NCBI GenBank assembly: GCA_963602765.1
Contig: CAVCKM010000094.1
Coordinates: 1,479-65,478, forward strand
DNA: 64,000 bases
Origin: Alistipes putredinis
Lineage (GTDB): Bacteria > Bacteroidota > Bacteroidia > Bacteroidales > Bacteroidaceae
Direction: 5' to 3'
Below are positions 9,247 to 16,943 of this stretch, piece after piece; the stretch's first letter is position 1, and every line of letters begins with the position of its first letter. A model generated the notes under the pieces. It was not told where the DNA came from and did not search any database. It saw only the letters and a list, made by a program, of their open reading frames with translations. The position numbers and the translations under genes were made by a program.

Positions 9247-12200
9247 ACCCCCATAGCGTCCTTTACGCTGGTGACGTTCTTGACGACGAGGCGGTTGTGG
9301 CCACCGACAACTTTGAAGTCGCAGTATTTTGGATGTGTGGAGACGTAGTTGAGTATTGAAGTGAAGAATTTGCTTCTGTAGAAGACGCTCTGTTCGTTAC
9401 TGACGAACTGCATCTGCATCTGGTGCTGCTTGAGTATGAGCCGTTCGCAACCGAGTCGGCGTCCCAGTCGTCTGAGCAGCACAACCTTCATAAGTTCTTC
9501 ACCCTCCGGCGGCACAGGGCCGAAGCGGTCCTCCATGCGTTTGCGGTAGGCATCGAGGTCGGCTTCGGTCTGTATGCTGTCGAGTTCGCGGTAGAGTGTC
9601 ATTCGCTCGCTGCTGCCGGGGACGTACGTGTCAGCAAAGTACATCTGCAGGTCGGACTCTACGTTGCAGTCGTCCACGAAGTCCTCGCCGGTAAGGTTCT
9701 CGCCGTCCTTCAGCTGTTCGGCGTAGAGGTCCTGGAACTCGTCGTTCTTCAATTCGTTGACCGCCTGCGACAGAATCTTCTGGTACGTCTCGTAGCCGAG
9801 GTCCTCCATGAATCCCGACTGTTCTGCTCCCAGCAGATTTCCGGCACCGCGGATGTCAAGGTCCTGCATGGCAAGTGAGAACCCGCTGCCCAGTTCGGAG
9901 AACGTCTCCAGAGCTTCAAGCCGGCGTCGGCTTTCGGTGGGGAGGTACGCCAGAGGTGGAGCGAGGAGGTAGCAGAACGCCTTGCGGTTGCCGCGTCCCA
10001 CACGTCCGCGCATCTGGTGCAGGTCGGAGAGTCCGAAGTGGTTGGCATCGTTGATGATGATGGTGTTGGCGTTGGGCACGTCGATGCCGTTCTCCACGAT
10101 GGTGGTGGATAGGAGCACGTCGTAGTCGTGGTTGATGAAGTCCATCACGATTTTCTCCAGGTCCTCGGGCTTCATCTGGCCGTGCCCGATGGCGATGCGG
10201 CAGTCGGGTACGTGGCGCTCTATTATCTCGCGCATCTTGTCGAGAGTGGCAATGCGGTGGCAGACGAAATAGACCTGTCCGTCGCGGCTCATCTCGAAGT
10301 TGATTGCCTCGGTGACGAGTTCGGCTGAGAACGTTGCTACCTGTGTGTCAATTGGGTGGCGGTTTGGCGGTGGTGTGCGCATGATGCTCATGTCTCGTGC
10401 GCCCATTAGTGAGAACTGCAGGGTACGCGGTATCGGCGTTGCGGACATGGTGAGCGTGTCGACGTTGCTCTTCAGTTGGCGCAGCTTCTCCTTGGTGGAG
10501 ACCCCGAACTTCTGTTCTTCGTCGATGATGAGCAGTCCGATGTCGTGCCATTTCACGGACTTTGTCAGCATACGGTGTGTGCCGACGAGGATATCTATCT
10601 TTCCGTCGGCAAGGTCCGCCAGTACGTCTTTAGCCTGTTTTGTGGAGCGTGCGCGCGAGAGATAGTCTACGCGTACGGGCAAGTTCTTGAGGCGTTTGGA
10701 GAAAGTCTGGTAATGCTGGAAGGCGAGCACCGTAGTAGGTACGAGCACCGCCACCTGCTTTGAGTCGCAAGCCGCCTTGAAGGCAGCGCGCACCGCCACC
10801 TCCGTCTTGCCGAAGCCTACGTCGCCGCAGACCAGGCGGTCCATCGGGCGTGCCGACTCCATGTCGCGCTTCACCTCCTGAGTAGCCTTGAGTTGGTCGG
10901 GCGTATCCTCATACAAGAAGGAGCCTTCCAGTTCCGCTTGCAGATACGAGTCGGCAGAGAATGCGAATCCCTTTTCGTGTCGACGTTTGGCGTAAAGTTT
11001 GATGAGGTCGCGTGCGATGTCCTTGATGCGTGTCTTAGCCTTCTCCTTGATGCGCTCCCATGCTCCTGTACCAAGCGTGGAGAGCCGTGGCGGTTCTCCG
11101 CTGTCAGCGCGGCGGTATTTGCTTATTTTATATAAGGAGTGGATAGAGACATCCACCTTGTCGTTCTTCTGGTAGACAATGCGTATGACTTCCTGGTAGC
11201 CGTTTGTCTCAGTGCCGTCGGCGTTGCGCGTTTTGGTGGGCACGCGTACCAGTCCTCCGAACTTTCCTATGCCGAAGTCCACGTGCACGATGAAGTCTCC
11301 CGGTTCCATCTCCTGCAGCTCCTTCATCGTCAGAGCCATCTTGCCGCGCTTCGCTGTCTGTGCCTTTAGTTGGTACTTGTGGAAACGCTCGAATATCTGG
11401 TGGTCGGTGAAGAGAGCCAGTTTCAGGGTATTGTCGATGAACCCTTCGTGGAGTGTGCCTTTCACGGGTGTGAACTTCATACCAGTCCTTATGCCCTCCA
11501 TGATTTCGGTGAGACGCTCCAGCTGCTTGTCGCTGTCGGAGAGCACGCAGACGTTGAAGCCCTGCAGTTGTAGGTCCTCGATGGTCTGCGCGAGCAGGTC
11601 GAAATTTTTGTGGAAGAGCGGCTGCATCGTGGTGTTGCCGCAGAGCGTATTGGTAGAAGGGCTGTCGCTGTTGCCCGAGAGTTCGATTGTTTTAAAACCG
11701 GCAATCAGTTGCTTGAAGACACTTCCTCGGCATAGGTTCAGGTCGGCAGTCAGTTCGCGTACTATCTCCGCCTTCTCCATTTCCGTCACGCCGACGGTGC
11801 GGTCGGTAAGTGCCTGATTGGAGAATCCGTCCTTGTAGATGAAGTCTACGGCATCGACGGTGTGGACCAGGTTCTGTACAATGATGACGGTGTCCTGTGG
11901 GAGAAACTCCAGTAGCGGTATTTTCTCCGTCTCCGTACGTGATATTTCTGGTACGATACTTACCGCCTCCTGCATCTCGAGCGAGAGCTGGTTCTCTACG
12001 TTAAACGTACGCAGAGAGTCTATCTCATCGTCGAAGAAGTCGATGCGGAACGGCTCTTCCGAACTGTATGAGTACACATCGATGATGCTGCCGCGCACGG
12101 CGTATTGTCCCGGTTCGTAGACGTAGTCCTGTAGGCGGAAGCCCAGTTCCTGCAGTTGCTTCTCAAGTAAGGCAGGTTGTATGGTCTGCTCCTTTTTGAG

Positions 12201-12620
12201 TGTGATGCATCGTGTGTCGAGATTCTTTTGCGAGATGACGAGTTCTGCAAGTGCAGCAGGGTATGTGACCATGATGAAGGGTGTTCCGTCAGCGATGCGC
12301 GTGAGTGCTTCCGTACGCATTATCTCGTTTGCGGCGTCCTTCTGTCCGAACTTCGCGGCGCGCTTGTAGCTTGACGGGAAGAAGAGCGGCTGTATAGGAG
12401 CAAGGTCCTGATAGAAATATCCAGCTTCGTCGGCATCGTTCATGACGAAGAGCAACGGCAGATGAATGTTGTCTGCCACGGCCATTGTGTTTACTGCCAC
12501 GGCGGACTGCGTAAGACCGCTCAGCGTGGCCCTACGTATCGTTTTGTCTTTCAGCAATGCCGTGTACGCTTTTCCCTGTGCATGCTTGGCATATAGTGCC
12601 AAAATGTCTTTTATTTCCAT
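9219..12620 (-). CDS. mfd: Transcription-repair coupling factor
   Basis: About 1130 aa. Has a superfamily-2 helicase core (GDVGFGKTEV, DEEQKFG), a CarD-like domain and a TRCF C-terminal domain. Start taken at ATG 12620. Confidence 0.9.
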   Translation of the reverse strand: MEIKDILALYAKHAQGKAYTALLKDKTIRRATLSGLTQSAVAVNTMAVADNIHLPLLFVMNDADEAGYFYQDLAPIQPLFFPSSYKRAAKFGQKDAANEIMRTEALTRIADGTPFIMVTYPAALAELVISQKNLDTRCITLKKEQTIQPALLEKQLQELGFRLQDYVYEPGQYAVRGSIIDVYSYSSEEPFRIDFFDDEIDSLRTFNVENQLSLEMQEAVSIVPEISRTETEKIPLLEFLPQDTVIIVQNLVHTVDAVDFIYKDGFSNQALTDRTVGVTEMEKAEIVRELTADLNLCRGSVFKQLIAGFKTIELSGNSDSPSTNTLCGNTTMQPLFHKNFDLLAQTIEDLQLQGFNVCVLSDSDKQLERLTEIMEGIRTGMKFTPVKGTLHEGFIDNTLKLALFTDHQIFERFHKYQLKAQTAKRGKMALTMKELQEMEPGDFIVHVDFGIGKFGGLVRVPTKTRNADGTETNGYQEVIRIVYQKNDKVDVSIHSLYKISKYRRADSGEPPRLSTLGTGAWERIKEKAKTRIKDIARDLIKLYAKRRHEKGFAFSADSYLQAELEGSFLYEDTPDQLKATQEVKRDMESARPMDRLVCGDVGFGKTEVAVRAAFKAACDSKQVAVLVPTTVLAFQHYQTFSKRLKNLPVRVDYLSRARSTKQAKDVLADLADGKIDILVGTHRMLTKSVKWHDIGLLIIDEEQKFGVSTKEKLRQLKSNVDTLTMSATPIPRTLQFSLMGARDMSIMRTPPPNRHPIDTQVATFSAELVTEAINFEMSRDGQVYFVCHRIATLDKMREIIERHVPDCRIAIGHGQMKPEDLEKIVMDFINHDYDVLLSTTIVENGIDVPNANTIIINDANHFGLSDLHQMRGRVGRGNRKAFCYLLAPPLAYLPTESRRRLEALETFSELGSGFSLAMQDLDIRGAGNLLGAEQSGFMEDLGYETYQKILSQAVNELKNDEFQDLYAEQLKDGENLTGEDFVDDCNVESDLQMYFADTYVPGSSERMTLYRELDSIQTEADLDAYRKRMEDRFGPVPPEGEELMKVVLLRRLGRRLGCERLILKQHQMQMQFVSNEQSVFYRSKFFTSILNYVSTHPKYCDFKVVGGHNRLVVKNVTSVKDAMGVLKKMNPES

Positions 12621-12650
12621 CTGTGAGTCTAAAATCCTTGTACGACACGG

Positions 12651-12658
12651 CAAAAGTA
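12651..12658 (-). promoter_or_regulatory. Bacteroidota-type -7 box (TACTTTTG) for mfd
   Basis: Plus-strand CAAAAGTA, 31 nt upstream of the mfd ATG. Confidence 0.4.
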
Positions 12659-12727
12659 CAAAAAAATCCCGAGAACAAGCCCCTTTCGGTTGCTTTTTGT
12701 GCTTGGTCGCCCGATTTTAGGTGCTGT

Positions 12728-13282
12728 TCAGATGTCGGTCAATGCTATGCGGGCGTGGTTTTTCTGCTCTCTGAACGTCTTTGGTGTCATACCTGTCACC
12801 TGTTTGAACTGTGTCGACAGATGTGCCGGCGAACTGTAGCCTAAGGCGTAGGCTATTTCGCTGGTTGTCTGCTGGCTGTAGCAGAGAAGCTCCTTGGCGT
12901 ATTCGATGCGGTGAAGGATGGCGAACTTCTCTATCGTGATGCCGTTGACGTCGCTGAAGAGTTTGCTGAGTGTACTGTAGTCCTTTGACAGCCGTCTGGC
13001 CATATAGTCGGACATCTTGGGACGCTCTCCCTTCATGCGCACCCATTCCAGGACGGCGATACGCATCTGCTCCACCAGTTGTGCACGGGGGTCGTCGAGC
13101 AGTTCGAAGCCCAAGGCCGAGAGGACCGCAGACAGCTGCCCCTTCTTGCCGTCGTCAATGTCTTCACGCACTTCTACTTCTCCCAGTTCTACGGTAACGG
13201 GGGTGAGTCCGATAGAAACGAGAGTTGTCCTCACTGCCGTGATGCAGCGAGGACAAACCATGTTCTTGATGAGTAACTTCAT
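12728..13282 (-). CDS. AraC-family transcriptional regulator with an N-terminal HMA-like (CxxC) metal-binding domain
   Basis: The N-terminus MKLLIKNMVCPRCITAV resembles a heavy-metal-associated fold with a CPRC motif. The C-terminus has an AraC HTH (GYSSPAHLSTQFKQVTGMTP). Confidence 0.75.
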   Translation of the reverse strand: MKLLIKNMVCPRCITAVRTTLVSIGLTPVTVELGEVEVREDIDDGKKGQLSAVLSALGFELLDDPRAQLVEQMRIAVLEWVRMKGERPKMSDYMARRLSKDYSTLSKLFSDVNGITIEKFAILHRIEYAKELLCYSQQTTSEIAYALGYSSPAHLSTQFKQVTGMTPKTFREQKNHARIALTDI

Positions 13283-13304
13283 GTTGTGTCAGTATTCAGG
13301 GGAC

Positions 13305-14537
13305 TTATATGGTACACTTGAATCCGACTTCGTCTACGGCCTTGCAGATTTCCTCAAACGAGGCGGTACCTTCCACTTGTGCCTCCTTTGTCTGGAGATT
13401 CACGGTGACTGCCGTTACGCCTTCAACACCCAGTATGGCCTTCTCTACCGAAGCGCGGCAATGGTTGCAGTTCATTCCTTCGATGTGATAAACTTTCATG
13501 TTTTCCTTTTTTATGTTATTGTTGTCCGAATCCTTCTTGAAGTAACGCTCTATGACGAGTGCGTTGAACAATAGGAGCAGCAGTACGACTCCTGACCCTA
13601 TTTCAAGCCACGAGTTGGCCGTCATGCAGCAAGCGTCTGTCGTAATCAGCTGGCTGAGGAAGTCCGTCATGCGGTTGAACTGAAGATAGTCCACAAGACT
13701 TCCGAAGCACACCGCTCCGGCAACGATGGACACCATGTAGATGAGCATAGTCTTCAGTCCCAGTACCTTTCTGACCACCAGTATGGAGGCAAGATTGCAA
13801 GCTGGTCCGGCCATCAGGAGTACCAGTGCCGCTCCCGGTGTCAGTCCCTTCATCATCAATGCCACCGCTACGGGTATGCTGCCCGTGGCACAGATGTACA
13901 TAGGGACGGCAATGAGCAGCACCAGCAACATAGACGCCCACGTGTTGCCGTTCAGCATGGTGAACCATTCGTCAGGCACGCAGATGGTGATGATGGCGGC
14001 AACGGCCAGTCCCAAGACGAGCCATCTGCCGATGTCCTGCATCATTTCCACGAAACCGTAGTGAAACGCTTCCTTTAGACGGCGGGCGAACGTTTTGCGC
14101 TCAGTTGCCGTTCGTGCCCCGTGTGCTGCTTCCGCAGTCCTTGGAGTCTTGTCGCCCATCATGGCGAGCGAGCCTCCGAAGAGCGCCGTACATAGTGCTG
14201 CCAGTGGACGTACTATGGCAAAGGGCAATCCCATCAGACCGTAGGTGGCAATGATGCTGTCCACGCCAGTCTGTGGAGTGGCAATGAGGAATGCCACAAC
14301 AGCGCCATGTGAGGCTCCCTCCTTGCGTAAGGACATCGCCGTGGGGATGACGCCGCACGAGCACAGAGGCAGCGGGATGCCAAGCAATGTGGCGTTGACG
14401 ACAGAACTGAATTTGCCGGCAGAGAGATACCTGCCGTAGAACCGTCCGGGGATGAAGGCGTGCATCAGACCGGAAAGGAAGAATCCCAACAACAAGTAGG
14501 GAGCCATCTCGCAGATTAAGTGTATAAACTGTTCCAT
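13305..14537 (-). CDS. Polytopic permease (SO_0444 / DUF318-like putative Cu/Zn efflux family) with a C-terminal HMA domain
   Basis: Multiple TM segments with paired Cys (PLCSCGVIP). The C-terminal 65 aa form a classical HMA domain (GMNCNHCRASVEKAI). Start taken at ATG 14537 (MEQFIHL). Confidence 0.75.
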   Translation of the reverse strand: MEQFIHLICEMAPYLLLGFFLSGLMHAFIPGRFYGRYLSAGKFSSVVNATLLGIPLPLCSCGVIPTAMSLRKEGASHGAVVAFLIATPQTGVDSIIATYGLMGLPFAIVRPLAALCTALFGGSLAMMGDKTPRTAEAAHGARTATERKTFARRLKEAFHYGFVEMMQDIGRWLVLGLAVAAIITICVPDEWFTMLNGNTWASMLLVLLIAVPMYICATGSIPVAVALMMKGLTPGAALVLLMAGPACNLASILVVRKVLGLKTMLIYMVSIVAGAVCFGSLVDYLQFNRMTDFLSQLITTDACCMTANSWLEIGSGVVLLLLLFNALVIERYFKKDSDNNNIKKENMKVYHIEGMNCNHCRASVEKAILGVEGVTAVTVNLQTKEAQVEGTASFEEICKAVDEVGFKCTI

Positions 14538-14784
14538 TTCTTTTTTTTTGCTTCTTTGTACTATTTCGATTTCGGGTGCAAAGGTGCAAAAAAATCTTCG
14601 TCCGACAATTACAGAATTATGGATAAAGATTACAAGTGACAGTTTCACGTGCAAAAGTAGGAAAAAGTTTCATTTTGGAGCCAATTTGGGCAAGTATTCT
14701 CACGATAATGGCCGATAACGTGTGAAAGTTGTAGTTTTCGGGCGCATTTTCGCACAGTATCGGAGTCTTTTCCGGTAAAATGTT

Positions 14785-14792
14785 TAACTTTG
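14785..14792 (+). promoter_or_regulatory. Bacteroidota-type -7 box (TAACTTTG) for the ThiD-like/AraC gene
   Basis: Exact TAnnTTTG match 19 nt upstream of ATG 14811. The track start (TTG 14790) lies inside this box and is therefore unlikely. Confidence 0.45.
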
Positions 14793-14810
14793 TACCCACA
14801 AAAAAAAGAT

Positions 14811-15743
14811 ATGTCTCCTCACATTCTCAGTATAACGGGTTCGGACGGTGCCGGCGGTGCTGGCATCCAGGCCGACATAAAGGCAGCCCACTCGCTTGGT
14901 GCCATGGTGGACACGGTGATAACGACTATTACCATGCAGAACTCCCTCGGCATTCAGGAGTATTACGACATTCCAGCCGAGATAGTGGAACAGCAGATAG
15001 ATGCCGTGGCGGACGACGTGGTGCCTGCCGTGATGAAAATCGGCATGATACGCAACGTCTATACCCTCTCGGCCATAGTCCGTTGCATCCGGCGCTACAA
15101 GCCGCAGTGGGTGCTTTTTTCGCCTGTGGTGTCGTCAAGTAAGGAGGAGCAACTGATGAGTGACGAGCTGATTCTGCGCACGCGTGAAGACTTGGTCCCC
15201 CACTGCTCGCTCGTTGTGGTGCGCAAGCGCGATGCAGCGTTTTTCCACGTGGAGGGCGAGGCAAATGCGACAAAGATTGTTGAGGCTGATGACAACCATG
15301 GCCGTTGTAACGAGCTATGCTCAGCCGTAGCCGTCTACCTTACGCAGGGATGCAGTACGGAGGATGCGGTACGCAAGGCGAAGTTGGCGCAGTTGCCTAT
15401 GCACGTGGGCGACGACACGTCGGCGCGCACGGTGGAGCTGTATCGCCGTTTTCTCGAACTGCAGTCAGACGAATGTCTCAACAGCCATGACGTCAACTAT
15501 TATGCAGACAGGCTGAACGTGTCTGCCCGTTATCTTGCGCAGGTGACCCGCCGTGTGGCGGAGCAGACTCCGAAGAGCATCATTGACGCGACCCTGCTTG
15601 ACCGTATAAAGCAACTTCTGGCAGACCCGTCGCTGACGGTTCAGGAGGTGGCCTACCGTCTGGAGTTCTCGTCGCAGGCCCACCTCTCCAATTTCTTCAA
15701 GAAACTGACAGGTCTGTCGCCGACGGAGTTCAGACGCGGTTAG
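14811..15743 (+). CDS. Fusion protein: ThiD-like (HMP/HMP-P kinase family) N-terminal domain plus a C-terminal AraC-type HTH
   Basis: The N-terminus ILSITGSDGAGGAGIQADIKA...MKIGMI is ThiD-like. The C-terminus (NYYADRLNVSARYLAQVT...FSSQAHLSNFFKKLTGLSPTEFR) is an AraC HTH. Confidence 0.7.
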   Translation: MSPHILSITGSDGAGGAGIQADIKAAHSLGAMVDTVITTITMQNSLGIQEYYDIPAEIVEQQIDAVADDVVPAVMKIGMIRNVYTLSAIVRCIRRYKPQWVLFSPVVSSSKEEQLMSDELILRTREDLVPHCSLVVVRKRDAAFFHVEGEANATKIVEADDNHGRCNELCSAVAVYLTQGCSTEDAVRKAKLAQLPMHVGDDTSARTVELYRRFLELQSDECLNSHDVNYYADRLNVSARYLAQVTRRVAEQTPKSIIDATLLDRIKQLLADPSLTVQEVAYRLEFSSQAHLSNFFKKLTGLSPTEFRRG

Positions 15744-16923
15744 ACGTTATGATGATGTGTGAGCCGTCCAGCCGTGTGGTGGCAAAGAGATAGTCATTGC
15801 CGCCGTCCTTCAGTTTCAGCCGTTTGCGCAGTTCGGCTACGGAGGCAGGGAAGTTGCGCACGGTGATGTTTGCCTGTTTCATTCCGCCGAGTAGCCTTTT
15901 TAGTCCCTTTTTGGAAAAGTCGCTTGTTGACGAGATGCGGAATTGTCGGGCAGGGACATCGGGTATGGGCTGCGTCCCCACAAACAGGTTGCTTTGTGGG
16001 TGTAGTTTCTGCAAATCGTAGTGAGAGCCGAAGGCGTCCTGTTGCGCTGCTTTCAGTATGGAGGCATTAGGCTCGAAAAGGTATAGTCCCTCCAGACTCA
16101 TGTGGGAAGGCGCAAGTGCCACCGTAGGCTGTGGAGTGGGGGAGCATATAATAAAAGGTGCATCTGGCGTGTTGAGGTTGACGCAGTGGTAAGTCGGAGC
16201 GTTTGCGTCAGTGCTGCTGTCAGTTTCTTTGTGCAGAACGAGAAGAAGCTCTTTGCACTCCCCTTTGTAACTTACCACGTGTACCTCTACGACATGGTGC
16301 AGGGCGCGCAGTGCCTGGGTGATGTCGAGCATAGGAGACAGTTTTATGATGGCGTAGGAGGCTTTTTCGAGCAGCAGGTCCTGCAGGTTGCTTACGTCTG
16401 GGGTGCAGTCTTCGATGGCAACGGTCTTGCGTCCGGCATCGTCGCGCCGTGCCGGGTCGATGAAGACGGCGTCAGCATGGCTGAGTTGGCGCAGCGTCTC
16501 CTCAGCGTCTCCGTTTACAATTTCAGCGTCGGGGAGCCCGAGTAGGGGGAAGTTGTGTCGTGCCGACTCGCACAGTCCCTCTTGGCGTTCAACGTATGTG
16601 GCACGCTGCAGCCCGTGAGCCATATAGGTAAAGTCGACGCCGAACCCTCCCGTGAGGTCGACAAGGGATGTGGCACCGAGCCTCGTGATGATGCCCTTCT
16701 TATAAGTGGCGGTGGACTCTGAGGAGCACTGCTCCATGGACAGACGTGGCGGAAACCTGATGCCTTCCGTTTCTGCCCATCGCGGCAGTTTCTTTTGTGC
16801 CAGCTGCCACCCCTCTATCTGCTGCAGACACCAAAAAAGACGTACCCCCTCCGGCGCTTTCTTTAGCGCCAAAGAGCGTACGTCCTTGTCTCTGTTCTGT
16901 ATGATGAATTCAGTGTCAGTCAT
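15730..16923 (-). CDS. Class I SAM-dependent methyltransferase (THUMP-like C-terminal region)
   Basis: SAM-binding motif LVDLTGGFGVD and FIDPARR. Start taken at ATG 16923 (MTDTEF). The 3' end overlaps the convergent upstream gene by 14 nt. Confidence 0.65.
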   Translation of the reverse strand: MTDTEFIIQNRDKDVRSLALKKAPEGVRLFWCLQQIEGWQLAQKKLPRWAETEGIRFPPRLSMEQCSSESTATYKKGIITRLGATSLVDLTGGFGVDFTYMAHGLQRATYVERQEGLCESARHNFPLLGLPDAEIVNGDAEETLRQLSHADAVFIDPARRDDAGRKTVAIEDCTPDVSNLQDLLLEKASYAIIKLSPMLDITQALRALHHVVEVHVVSYKGECKELLLVLHKETDSSTDANAPTYHCVNLNTPDAPFIICSPTPQPTVALAPSHMSLEGLYLFEPNASILKAAQQDAFGSHYDLQKLHPQSNLFVGTQPIPDVPARQFRISSTSDFSKKGLKRLLGGMKQANITVRNFPASVAELRKRLKLKDGGNDYLFATTRLDGSHIIITSNRV

Positions 16924-16943
16924 GCTTTCTTCTCTGCCAGTTT

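Noticed and set aside
15730-15743. 14-nt overlap of convergent genes (ThiD-like/AraC and the SAM-MTase)
   Set aside because: Short 3'-3' overlaps are common. There is no evidence of anything beyond compact gene packing.
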